DNA from: Daphnia carinata
Lineage: Eukaryota
Assembly: GCF_022539665.2 (NCBI RefSeq)
Contig: NC_081333.1
Span: 4,464,001 to 4,528,000, forward strand
Length of the DNA: 64,000 nucleotides
Reading direction: 5' to 3'
Position numbers and translations under genes: made by a program. The notes beneath the pieces were generated by a model, which did no database searches, was not told where the DNA came from, and worked only from the letters and a program-made list of their open reading frames with translations. Shown here piece by piece: positions 1 through 12,599 of this stretch. Every line of letters begins with the position of its first letter. The stretch's first letter is position 1.

Positions 1-3000
1 CCGCAGCTGATAAACTGATGCTCAATTCCTTGTCTGTCAACACCTCGATGAGGTCGAGACAGCGGATACGAAAGTGCATTAAGGCAGTTCCTTCTTTGGG
101 TAATTTGTTCACATTCTTGCGAACAGGACGAGCTTTACGGAATTCCTGGAACGCCGAACCGAGCGCTTTATCCAACCTCTCCATTTGGCCGTCGGACAGA
201 TCGTCGACATCAACCGATTCGGTATCTGTCAGCGCTGCACTGTCACCTAGAGCCTCGTGAATCTTCATTCGAAGTTTATCTGTAATCGTTTCTTCTTCGT
301 CCATTCCGTCACTAAATTCATCGTCACCGTCGTCTTCTTCAATTTCCGATTCTTCGTTTGCGTCTGCATTCGGACTTTCTTCTTCATCACTCAGGTCGCT
401 TTCTTCTAAATCCTCGTCCTCCTCATCGGCGTCGACTAATGGGGTATCCTTTTTGGATGGATCGATAACCTGTCAATGCAACGCGGGAAAAGATATTATA
501 AGAACTCTCCATCGAGAAATAGAATTTCGTTTCCTACATCCAAGACTTGCTGCAGAGCGTTGGGGGTTACGTGTTCGGCCAGCAGCGACCAAACGGACAC
601 GACGATGCTACGGAGCAAGTGCTGATTCCGTGAGAGCAATGACAGGAGAATATCGGTGACGACTTCCAACCAATGAGGATCTTCGGGCGTCTCCAGCTGC
701 TTCGCTTTAGCTGCCTTCGTTTTTTTATTGCTGTTTTCAGTGGCTTTGCTATAACAGGTATCCAACTCGGTAATGATTTCAGATGGCAAAGCCGGCTGAC
801 GGAGCAATTCAAAACCCATGTTGATGTACAAGACCAAAAAGACCTGATCAGTCCAGCTGTCAGTTTCTTTAGCAGCCCGTTTTTTCTTTTGAATCTTTTC
901 GGCTACTTTTTTTATATTTCTCCAGTATGCTTTCACCTATTTCAAATAGCGTTGAGAAAAATAATTATAATCTGACATTTACAAGTCTGAAATTGAAACG
1001 TACCTCATCAGTGATTTCACCGTCGACATCGACAAGTTTGTTAACGTGGTGGAATGATTTGGACAAGAAAGTTGACAAATCTTCCAATTTCTTACACGGA
1101 TGATCAAGCGCACGGTGAAAAGTTTCTTTGGCCGCCGAAGAGAAGACTTTAGAAGCAGATGGCGTAAAATAAGCCCACTGAGCTAGAAACACTAATTGTG
1201 AAGCTTTCCACTCTACGTCGCGTTGCATAGCAGGGTGGCTTATCAACCTAATTGAAAGATGAAAATCCAGATAACGAATGAATTTTTTAAAGAATAAGCG
1301 ACACTCCATACTTGGCTAAATGTTGGATAAGTGTGATTTTGTCTTGTGTTCGACTACTGTCGTTAACAAACTGACGATACATTTCGACAATTTTCACAAT
1401 TGTTTCTTTCTTTAGTGAGAAACTCACGTTTGCTAGAAATCGGGTATCTACACAAGAAAATCCAAAAATGCAAGAATTGAATATAAAATTTCATGTTTCG
1501 AAAAATATTCGTACTTGTGTTTTTATCAAATGCGACGTGACCCGACAAGGTGAGTAATTGTTCGATGATTGATATTTGTGCATCAGGAGAAATATCTTCT
1601 TTAGCCAACACCGTTTTTATTGATTCTAGAGTTTTATCCGCCAATTCGAAATTCGAATCATCTTTTGCTTGTAGAATGGTCACCAAAATTGAAACGATGC
1701 TTTTCACAAGCAACTTGCCAACCTATTTCGAAAATTATATTTAGAATGAACACTTTTTTTTTTTTTTTTTTTTTTTACTGTACTGCCCACAGTACTTACC
1801 ATATCGTTATCCACAATTTTTAACAGGCTATTAAACATCGTCAGTGCCGCGACTGATTTTAAATTGGTTGGGGACTCTAGTGCAGGATCAAAGTGATCAG
1901 ACCAAAAATCAAGAAGTTTTCCAGATTCGAACAAAATTGTTGCTATCCTCGTGAATAGAGGATGGTCCCCCGACGCAGAGTTAGTCTATAACAAAATCCA
2001 ATGCGTTAAAGTTAGAGCCGGGAATACTCCATGTAAGCGTTGTAATACTCCAAGTTGCTTACCAAAATCAATGTAGTCAGTCCACTAAAACACTCAGGAT
2101 TACTGATGCTAGAGGAGCCAAAAGTCTCCTTCCAAAATCGTTTGTCAACTATTTTTGGGAACTTGCTCTGCGCGACCAACAGCAAATTCAAAGTGTCAAA
2201 TGTTTGATCTTCCCATGGAAGGGATAGTTCTGGTTTCAGAAGAGGCCACACAGTCGCTTTAAAGGTTTCTGCATCCACCTTGTCGTGATAAAGGTCGATA
2301 AAATGTCGCATTCGTTGCATAATTATAAAACTTGTTTACTTGTTGACATAGTTCTTCCAAAAATCCATAAGCAACTGGTTGAATGTAGTTTTTGATCTTG
2401 GAACCAATAATCAACTGATCCACCACTAGATGCATCTCCTCCTTGTCAGTTAGTCGACCAGATTTCAATAATGCACCATAGGCTAGAACCTGACCCACAT
2501 GTTGATCAATTCTTTCCTTGAAAAGGAATAAAAGTAAGTCTTAATATTGTTTAGCATAATGAAGGAATTATTAATATTTTACTTTTTTATTGCCTTCAGC
2601 CTCAAGTCGATTTTTGATGGCTTCATGGACTATTTCATTAGTTAGCTGTGTATCATCTAATGCTTTAAGAATCCCAACTAGGGTGATGTAGTACCCATGT
2701 CTGGCACACTCTCTGTTTGAAGCGAGACCTTGAACCAATCTACCAATGGTGTAATTCAACTGTGATGCCTGCAATAAAATAAGGAAACATTACTCAATAA
2801 TTTTTAATAAAGAACTAGTGATTATTAGAACATACAGTGGAAAGGGCACTCTCAATATGTTTAATAATTTCCAGTGAAGCAGTTAGTCTAACGCTTGCTT
2901 CCTTGTCAGCTAGTTTCCAAAACAGATCCAAAAACTGCTGGCTTAATCCTTTTGATGATTTGGTATTAATGACCGGCTTTGAGGTTGTCAAAACAGCAAT

Positions 3001-3207
3001 TGGCACATTTTCAGGTGCAACTGTATCGTTCTCTGACTTGCCATCGAGCGTTCGCGCCTTTTGCTATGTAAATATTAATATACGTAATATGGTATAGCTT
3101 TTTTTGTTTTCGTAGAATAATACAACACATACCTCTTTATTGCCAGTTCCATTTAATGATGTGTCAATTTCGACTGGAACAACAGTCTTCCCTGTCTTTT
3201 TCTTCAT
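1..3207 (-). CDS. MYBBP1A: Myb-binding protein 1A / Pol5 (DNA pol phi) family nucleolar protein, 3' end outside window
   Basis: ATG at 3207. GT-AG exons ~3207-3133, 3063-2836, 2768-2583, 2516-2340, 2278-2063, 1985-1800, 1722-1515, 1447-1312, 1247-1004, 936-538, 469-<1. Family motifs FLDLFWKLA..VRL.AS, YTIGRLVQGLASNRECARHGY, WLEVVTDILLSLLSR, an acidic tract, and MERLDKALGSAF near the left edge. Confidence 0.9.
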
Positions 3208-3543
3208 TTTCAAGAGGTTTGATTTCGAGCACGCGGCGAATTGGTCCAAACCTCGTGTGTGCTTTCCTCGTCTGCTCTCAGGCTGTACTAATCAGCATTT
3301 AGCCAAAGTCAGATTTATTCTACTCAAAGTTTCAAACACTTTGATTTCTACTGTTTTTAATTTAGATTCTGTAAATTCAAAATTTTTTATTTCATTGATA
3401 TATATTTGAATTATATTTTTCATTAATATAGTGTTAAATAAAGATTTTTTCCCTTCTCCCCTTCCCCCACCTCAGCAGAGTATTCCGCATAATTTTGCGC
3501 TTTTGGTGCAGTACAAGGGAGATTCAAGCTTGAAGCCTTCAAC

Positions 3544-5014
3544 ATGGCTGGTCGTTTTGAAGATGATTTCTCTGGAAGGTGAATACAAATTCAAATACCT
3601 GTTAAACCAAGCTGCGTACTTTTTTCCACTCACGACAGTATTGTTCGAATGGATCCTGTGCATCGCTTTATAACGTTTTGTCACTATTCTCTGGCTGGAT
3701 TATTTGTTTCTTTTACCGGCATTTCCTTCCCCCCAAAACCCATAGGCATGGCAGATTGTGTGTGAATGGCGGCGATGGCTTACTTGTCAGCATGTGTAAA
3801 TATTCTAGTTTCTCACCATTTTATTTTACTTCAGGTCTTCAGGTTACCGTGATCAAGGAAATAGAGGAAGCAGAAGTGGAGGACAAAGTTACCGCAGTGG
3901 CAACTCGGGCAAGCCCCTCCCTGAGGAGCCCCCTTTCACAGCTTACGTAGGAAATTTGCCTGATGGCACTGTACAGGGTGACCTCGAGAACATGTTTGAA
4001 AACCTTACAGTAAGTCGAAGAAATTGGACTTCTTATGCAACGTGTTAGAGTTAAATTTATCCTTTTCAGGTTAAGAATGTAAGGATGGTCCGTGACAGAG
4101 AGACTGATCGCTTCAAAGGTTTCTGTTACGTTGAATTTGATTCCCAAAAGGATTTAATCCATGCATTAGACTTGGATGGTGTTCTCTGTGAGGGTAAAAC
4201 TCTTCGTGTTGATATTGCTGAGGGTCGCAAGAATGACAACAGAGGAGGTGGTGATCGAGGTGGTGGTGGCGGCAATGACTGGGGCCGCGGTGGAGGCAGA
4301 GGAGGTCAGCGTGGTGGTCGTGGTGGATATGAAGGTAAGGTCTTAACAGTATTAAATAAACACGTATCACATTTGTTTTTGTTTTGCAGGTGGTGGGTTT
4401 AGTGATGGTGGACGAGGGCGCTCCGATCGTGGCGGTTATGGAGATCGAGGCGGAGGCTACAACGATCGTAGAGGAACCTCTTACGGAGGTGGCGATCGCG
4501 GAGGCGACCGAGGTGGTCGTTACGGAGATTCCGACAGAGGTAGTGATCGAGGATCATATGGTGGTGGTGGTGGCGGCGGCGGCGGCGGCTACAACGATCG
4601 TAGAAGTGATGCGGGTGGTTATGGTGACCGTCGTGGTGGTAGTCGCGGCGATGGAGATGGCAGTTATGGTGATAGACGTGGAGGCGGGGATCGTGGTGGA
4701 GATCGTGGCTATTCAAATTTTGGAAGCCGGCCTAGGAGAGATTCGGATCGCAAAGCTCCGACAGAAGAATTCCGTGAGCCCAATGCTGGTTAGTTGTGTA
4801 CTACTAGTTGTTTCGTTTTTCATATCGTGATCAATTTTCCTTGCTTTCTGCAGAGGAAGCGGCAGCTCGTCCCAGGCTGAATTTGCTTCCGCGTTCAGTT
4901 GGGGCCCCTCCGGCCGCACTTGCACCTACAAGCCAGACAGCGAGCATCTTCGGTGGAGCACGTCCACGAGAGGAAGTTTTGAAGTCCCGACCTGATGATC
5001 AAAACTCTTCATAA
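3544..5014 (+). CDS. EIF4H: Eukaryotic translation initiation factor 4H (RRM plus long RGG/DRYG-rich region), ~344 aa
   Basis: Exons 3544-3578, 3835-4009, 4070-4334, 4390-4788, 4854-5014, all GT-AG and frame-consistent. Motifs [68 protein letters not shown] and [10 protein letters not shown] match eIF4H. Confidence 0.92.
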
Positions 5015-6088
5015 GGAAAAAAAAGGACGTCGTAAGGAGGAAACGGAATGAAAAATAATTCGCACCCACCTATAAAGACAAGAAAACAACAACAAAAAAC
5101 ATTAATAAAACGAATTGAAACTTAAAAAAAAAAAAACGCAAAATAATTCTCTTGATTAGCTAAAAACAAAACAAACAAGGACTTGGTACAAGCAAGTATC
5201 TCGTGGCGCGGAAATCTTTTTTGCTGCTCCATGCCACCCTTCCACGCAATTCGCCGTCGTTTCGTGTACCTTTAGAAAAAAAAGAAGAAAAAGGCCCCAT
5301 TTGTTGTAATTCTCAAATGATCATGCTAACACGTAAACAAGTCTCTATTTTGACTCTTTTGGAGCCTATCGTGCTATGATGTTTGATTCCCTATCCCCTC
5401 ACCAATAGAAGGAAGTTTGATTGGAAAATTTTGATTTTCCATTCATGGATGTTTTTTTTTTTTCCAACTCCTGATTTATTTTTGGTTTTTTCTCAATTCA
5501 TGGCTGTATTGATATCATCCGGATCCTTCTACAAAAATCCATCAACCAATTTTTCTTTTGTATGTCTGGTAGATCTTAAAGGACGACTGAGTTGATTGTT
5601 TACAAAAATCCTTTTTTTTTTTCATTTTGCTGGAGTTATTCTATCCTTTCTTTTCACTCACCTTTCCCTTAGGGAAAAAGGACGGCTGAAAAACGCGGAA
5701 GAAATGCTTCTGTCTGATACTTTCCTCTCAATTTTTTTTTCTTAATAATTTAGTAAATGGGTCGCGTAACAAGTTTGGTAAATCAGCACAACCGCAACCA
5801 TAAAACAATCTGCCAGTTGACGTTCATTTCGGTGCGGTTTTTTAAAAACATTTCTCCCTCTTGTCCCAAGTTTCTTGCGAGTTTGTCACTATCATTTTTT
5901 TTTCGTCGGAAGAAGAGCACACGTCACTTCATGTTCTTGAGAAAAAAAATTTCCTCCTCCAGTTTTTTTTGGATACTCTTTGATTGTATTTACTTTACAA
6001 TACACACGGTCGCTTGTTACTCGACGAAGTAACAGGATCCTTAAAAGAGCAGATTTTCTTCATTTCTTTCCATTGTGCTGAGTTATTC

Positions 6089-9000
6089 TTAGTAGATTGT
6101 TTTATGTAAAATGGCTTTGTTGCATAGCTGTGAAAATGTCCGAGATACTTCAGCACCCATTAAGCTCGATTCCGGAAGCAATTTAAAGAGCTGGCGGATT
6201 TGTGTTGGTGTGAAAGGTACAGAGAGGTCCGTGGAGGTCGCAAAATCGAACGATTTCACTGTTTCGTTGTCTGATTGAATACGATCGACGGATGCACTCG
6301 AGTTGCTGAGCACGTTATTCATTTTCGCATCTGGCAATTCGCCCTCTTCCAGTTCACCTTCCTCACGCTCCTTCTTGACATCCACTTCCATCGGACAATC
6401 GTCCTGTGGAAGTGCTACGACTTCTTCTTTGATTTTCACTGGAACACTTTCTTCTTCCTCCTTTTGTTCTTCCTCATCAAGGACCATTTCTTGATCTAGT
6501 TGACGAAGAAGTGAGCTGACGATGCGGTGATCATATGAGCCGTGCAGACAAGACTGCGACAGACAAACGCGACCCAGTTGAACTAAGAAGCTCACGATAT
6601 CATCCACTAACGGTGGGAAGGCAGTGGCTATCCTCACAAGAGCAGGAAGAGCAGGCAGGTAAATCTCCGTCCTCCCATTGCTCGGCAAAACTAAAGCAAC
6701 AGAACAGATTGTTAAATGAAAAGGAACAATAAAAAAAAAAAACATTGCAGCCTAGTTTTTGTTTTACCACTGAGAAGCGTTGATAGAGTGTTGACTGCCA
6801 GACGAGCCACGTTAAAAGACCGGGGCAACGCATATTGCAAACACAGATGTGAAATGAGATCAACAGCAAAAAGCTGCTTGGCCAAGTCTCCGATAATGGG
6901 CTGGGCCAACAGTTCGGGTAAAAAGTCAAGGCAAATGTGCATCGAAGGGATACCTTGTGTCGTCAACGGCAATAAAGCTGATGGATAACCCTATTCAAAG
7001 CAACGGATTAGCCACGTTTTGCTTAAACTTGATAACCATTTAAGGTACCTGAAAGTGGACTAATTTGACCAAATTCGGATCAGCAATAAAAAGCTGATGA
7101 AGGAACGAGCAAACAATGCTCTGAATCTCGCGTAACTCCGAAAGCCTTTGGTCGCTTGCCTGACAATGTGAGAATCTTTCGTGAAATCCTTAATTCTATA
7201 GGATTTAAAATAAGGGATGCCTTACCTCGTCCTCATCGGTTTGCAGGCAGAGCTCGAGAACGATCTGAACAACGGAACTTTCCTGAGCAGCGATCAAGGC
7301 CATCTTGAGTTCTTCACGCTCGCTATCGGACGTAACTCCTGCCAAATTACCAGGGCCTTGGGCAGCAACTGGACCGCAAAGAGGTTTATCGAGTAAATGG
7401 CGCGACAAATGGGTTCGTGATGCGCCTAACCATGCTTTGAGCATGTACAAAACAATTTGCATGGCCGGTGGGCATCTGATGAAACCAAAGGTAACTATTA
7501 CTATTCAGCGAAATGCAGAAACAATTTCGAATGAAATTACCGAAAGACGCGTGGGTCGCATCGCAATACGTGAAGCGGATCGAACGTCAAGTGATCCTGC
7601 GTTAGTGTAGGCGGTGGACAATCCTCTAGCGAAAGCTGTAGCCGGACAGCATTGGCCGTCATTACCCATAACTGCCGTGGGAGGATCGAATTGAGTTTCA
7701 ACCACACTTGTCGATACATTTCTATGTATGAAACGGTACTTGTTTAATTTCAAAACCATAAATAAATAAATATAATTGTGTGCATACCCTGAACTTGTCT
7801 AGGAACAGCTTCACCCAAAATAGATCGAAAGTGGGAGATGAAGGTGTGCGCAATTTGCCACAATGACTTGGGTGGCATCACCAAGAGTTTTTGCATCAAA
7901 AGCATAGCAGGAGCTGGGCAGCCAACTAGGTCGGTAAAAGCTTTAGCGAAAAAATATAAAGAAGGATGATGATTAAAATTTTTCAATCGTCGCTTTTCAA
8001 GTTCTTACCTTGACTAACGGTCTGCGATGAACAAGATGGAACAGATCCATGTGGACTACATAACGATGAAAGGCGATTATCGCTCGTTTCATACATCCAA
8101 TCCTCTACTAAGCAAAGTTGGGGAAAATGAGTAGCTAGCAGTCGTAGCAAAGGAGAAAAGAGTCCTTTTCATATTAAAAAAAAAAAAAAAAAAAAAATTG
8201 GTTAAATACCTGTATGGATGAAAACAGTTCTTTAAACTTACCCGCATACAGATGTTGTTCTTTTTCTGCTTGACTAATCAAATATCGAATAGGCAGGTTG
8301 GCGAAAAATGACTGCGAATATGATTTGACGTTGATACCGGCTATCAAATAGTTCTTTACTTGCGTCAATCGCGTATCTTCATAGAGGAGAGCGTAATATA
8401 AAAGCAGGAGCTGGGCCGTGACAGAGTATTCCTGCACATCTGTGCTACCTCGGCGAACGTTTTTCGAAAAAGAGTTGGCGAAAACAATTCGAATTTCTTC
8501 TTCACTGATTGGATCATGGCCAAGATCGACTGAGCCAGTCGATCCCGATTGGTTTTGGTTGTTCTTCGGTGGAGCTAAGGTCAAAATTGAGCTAACATAG
8601 ACCTCAACTAGGCTAGGAAGTAGTGGATGTAATGGAGGACGACTCTCGCACAGTTGTCGATAAACCCAAGTTTTAATCGGTACGCGATATTTGCTAAAAG
8701 CTCGGCTTTTCAGCAATTGATAGATGCAATGAACCGGGAGAAAACCAGCAACGTCCGCGTTTAAACCGGGGGTGACTGGTACACGGACAGCATGGGAGGT
8801 AACAACCTAAACCATACCGATTGAATTAAAACTAACGCATGGCTTTTAAAGTTTGTTCAAACCGCACGTACCTGCTCTGGGAATATATCTTGAGTAAAGG
8901 CTACCTTCATACGAGCAGTAGAGGCAGGCCGAAGTAACAGCCTCATGCCAAGTGTCGAACACACCAGATCGCAAACGGCGCTCAACTGGCCGCTATGAAA

Positions 9001-10880
9001 GTGGATTGCCATTAACAATAACATTTCACCAAAACTACTGCGGGCTGTTTCCATACACTTGCCAGAAGCGGACGCTGGTGATTTTTCGAAATAGCTCTCT
9101 TCTCTTACCAACCACTTGACCTTTAAAAATACAATACATAGGTAAACAAACTGAATGCTCTTTATTATTGAAATCAAGTTTATACCCATTGGAATCCACG
9201 TTGTTCCTGGTCAGGAAGGGCGATGAGAGACGGACAGGCCATCAGCATGCAAAGGCCCAAAGCGACAAAACGAAGACCGGCCTCAGTGGGTGGTGGCCGA
9301 CAGGTTATCAATTGCAGTAAAAGAACACCTTCTTCGTCGTACAACTTCATTCCCGCTATCCCCTAAAAAATGTTATAGAATTTTTTTATTTAGATGGCTT
9401 TTTCAAGACTTATATTTGTAAGGCAAATACCTTTAAGGCACAATAAAGTCGTAAAAGAGCTGACGCATCAACGGCACAACGGTCAGGTAATGGCTCATCA
9501 GCCGCCATGTGAACGAATGACTGTAGGCTTCTAAGGAGCTCTTCGCGCAATGTTTGCAAGGCCGTGGCGCGATCATGGCGCTGTTAAATAAAAGAATTAA
9601 ACGTTACGAGATTATTTCTTGCAGGTAAATTCAATAAAATATTAACCTTTTGTCCATTTCTGATGAAAAGTGAGAACCATGTTCGTATATTTGCATCTCC
9701 TCCCAACAGCAGACCAGATATAAATGGTACAACATCTCCCAACTGAGTTTGAACTTTATCTCCTTTGATCTGTTTCTGGCAAGAGGCATAATCCAAACTA
9801 AGTAAAACTGCCAGTGCTGGCATTCTGCACATCTCCACCTTATTGCACAATAAGCAAGGATGCTTTAAGTTCAAACTCTTATGAAAATTTTGATGAAACC
9901 TTACACATTTCAGCCGAATCATCAACATTTGATTTGGACACATCCTACAAAGGGATCTAAGTGTTTCTAGTCTTGCCCTTCCTAGAAAGGATTCCTCTTC
10001 ATATCTTTCACCATTGCTAATCAAACTTTGACAAACTGCAGAAAAAAGTTGGCTCATTAACAAAACAGAAAATAACATACTGAATAACACTTACCTTCAT
10101 TAAAAGTGTCGGGCATATTAGCCACTATCCGACAAATAAAAGATGGCCCATGAAGTGTTCTTAGGAGGGCCTCTGCAACTTCTGCTATGGGTAGAAGGAT
10201 TGTCAATTCTGCTAATGCAACACAGAGAACATCGGCTACTTCATCGAAATAAATTTCCTGGTCCAGCAGTTCACTGCTTTTGTAGGTGGTTTCAGGTTTC
10301 ATTTCTTTGCTCTTAAATAAAACAAAATTGTTTACATTAACAGTAGTAAGACCATATAATATTCTAACCATACCTGTGCCATAAGTGTAAGAAGCTCACT
10401 GAGAAATAACCTCAACCTTCTGGTAGGATCACTCTTCTCAAACTCGAGAGCATAACTATGTGACAGTGATTGAATCAAGGCAGAATCTTCTGTCTGGTTG
10501 CCAAGCTTTTGCCTGTTAAATATTTATTTTGGTAAGGAAATAACTGAAAGAAACAAATTAGAAACATGAATGACATACCGTAATGTTTGTTCTTTTTTTA
10601 CATCAACTTCAAGGGCGTGGAAATCAATTGAAAGCAAACCAACTATAGAATTGACGGTTTCACGTCCTGATAATATTTTGAAAACCATTCTCCTGGATAG
10701 AGCACATTCAGGGGACTGGTCCAAAGGACCGATCAAACTCATTCTGGCCAAACATGGCATAACAGCTCGAATTTCTTCTTCAGTGCACTCGGATAAACCA
10801 TCCACATCCAAATTTTGCAAGGCTTGAAAGACACGTGGGGAAATATCCCGTTTTGAAACTGTTCGATACATTGGCGTCAT
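6089..10880 (-). CDS. INTS2: Integrator complex subunit 2
   Basis: 16 GT-AG exons: 10880-10579, 10512-10374, 10311-10095, 10035-9905, 9838-9647, 9580-9431, 9362-9186, 9120-8872, 8806-8242, 8164-8009, 7940-7788, 7721-7541, 7475-7226, 7159-7049, 6990-6768, 6690-6089. INTS2 motifs VNSIVGLLSIDFHALEVDVKKEQ, SFGEMLLLMAIHFHS, EREELKMALIAAQES, FLHQLFIADP.LVKLVHFQGY, GIPSMHICLDFLPELL. Confidence 0.95.
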
Positions 10881-11293
10881 CAAGATCTGGTACTTGATCT
10901 TGATACAGATATTATGGGGAAACAATCTCTCCAGAATTCAGTTTACAAGTTCGATCTTCGATGTATACGACAAGCCAAAGTCAGTTTAGCTGTAGCAGAC
11001 TAAACATTTGCAAGCGCCGCCTTTTTATAAAAAGCGTACAAGCCTGCTTACCTACCAAACTGCTAGCCGCCTTCCTGGTGTTACCCTTCCTGGTCCTAGA
11101 CACAGTAAGAACCAACAAAAACTTATTGGATCACATAGCCCGATGATTAGCTGCCTGCATCCATGAACCTAGTGGCCATGGGGAGACATACCAACAACCT
11201 ACGAACTACGATTACCTCTCTTTACCTAAGTTTGTGGGTCGATCTTCAACGTGTAGTGAACGGTATGATATGAAACGTCTGTATATGTGTCAA

Positions 11294-11598
11294 GTGTGTG
11301 TGTGTGTGTTTTTTTTTAGTGTGCCATTTTTAGCCCCTTTATAGTAGCCATGGCTCTTCTTTCTTCTTCTTTCTTGAAGGCATATCCAGCGTTGGTGTAT
11401 ATGTTGATGAAGAATATTGCACAATTCGATGAGATGAAGAATCGTGCGAATCCGTTGAGATGATTCTTGAATGATGATGTGGAGGGGTGGGAGGAGAGCT
11501 TGAAGGGAAGTGAGGGCTTGGAAATTGGAGGTGACGGGATTTGAACCCGGGACCGACAGAATACAAAGCGAGGGTGTCAACTATTGTACCAGGACCGC
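11294..11598 (-). mobile_element. Putative tRNA-derived SINE (tRNA-Pro-like head, A-run/(CA)n tail)
   Basis: Minus strand 11598-11526 reads GCGGTCCTGGTACAATAGTTGACACCCTCGCTTTGTATTCTGTCGGTCCCGGGTTCAAATCCCGTCACCTCCA. It has an A-box-like sequence and a perfect B-box, and CTCGCTTTG-N9-GGTCCCGGGTTCAAATCCCG matches eukaryotic tRNA-Pro, but the anticodon and acceptor stems do not pair. About 230 nt downstream it ends in an A-run plus (CA)n. Confidence 0.5.
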
Positions 11599-11793
11599 AC
11601 ATCCCAACCAAATTTTGCTTTGCATGTCACCCATTGAAATAAGTCACTTACCTATTGTATTGTTGTGTGTGTTAAGTGAACTGTGGTGCTGTGGCATAGT
11701 TCGCGGCTGCCATTTCGATCTAGCGGGTTCGAATCTTTGTTGTTATACTGTTTTAATTTTTTTTTTTTTTTTTTTTTTGCGTTTAGCAACGCA

Positions 11794-12450
11794 CTAGTAA
11801 CTGTTGGCCCATCCAGGGTCTGGCATAGCTGGCGCTTGCATATTTTAACGCTTTTTTTCTTAATTGAAAACGGCAAAGATTTCGTGACAATATTGGGTAT
11901 TTAATTTTAACTTTAAAAAGTCTGTCTAAATTTTCAACATCCATTGTTTCAGCTTTTAATTCAGAATGGATGGGCTTCATTCTAGTCAAGTTTGAAGCTT
12001 CTTGCGATGGGCTATGTAGTACGAAATCCATAGGAAAGTTCATCGAGACTCTACCAAAATAGGGGTAAGTTTAACTATACAGTGCACGTAGAACTTTTTA
12101 ACTATTTTCAATAGAAACCTCGCTTCGTATAACGCATGAGTGAGATTTGAGCACGTCGTATCAACTTCGAAAATCACCATCCTTGAAGGAATGGGCATTT
12201 TACTGGTCATCCGTATGACTTTCAAGTACGATGTGAACCAAGAAAACTTTAACAAATGATACATTTAAAGGCTTACGTCAAATGCATAAAAACAAATTAG
12301 TTTCTGTTTGTATTTTTGACGAATCTGGACGCAATTTTTTATAGGGGTTGATACGTCATCGAAAGCGATAAGGAAAACTCCACCGGTTAAATGAAGTGTT
12401 GTACTGAAAATTTCACGTTCATTTCAAGCGTACTGTCAAAATGACTGAAA
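11794..12450 (-). mobile_element. Possible non-autonomous Helitron-like fragment (5' boundary uncertain)
   Basis: Minus strand ends ...GACCCTGGATGGGCC-AACAGTTA-CTAG|T at 11794, an imperfect GC-rich hairpin just upstream of CTAG followed by T. The interior is AT-rich and non-coding. Confidence 0.3.
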
Positions 12451-12566
12451 TCACCATTCTTATTGTTACATATTTGGAGGGAAACAAAACATTGCCAAAT
12501 CGATCCGTAACACACACAGTCCACAGCATTCGAATAAAATTTACTAAGCCATATTGTGCAGTATTG

Positions 12567-12599
<33 letters not shown>

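Noticed and set aside
4384..4830. Alternative-frame Val-rich ORF and antisense His-rich ORF over eIF4H exon 4
   Set aside because: By-products of GGT/GAT/CGT codon repeats; splice phase fixes the Gly/Arg/Asp frame.
11526..11598. Functional tRNA gene
   Set aside because: Anticodon stem (CTCGC/TCTGT) and acceptor stem do not pair; only the T-arm and B-box are intact.
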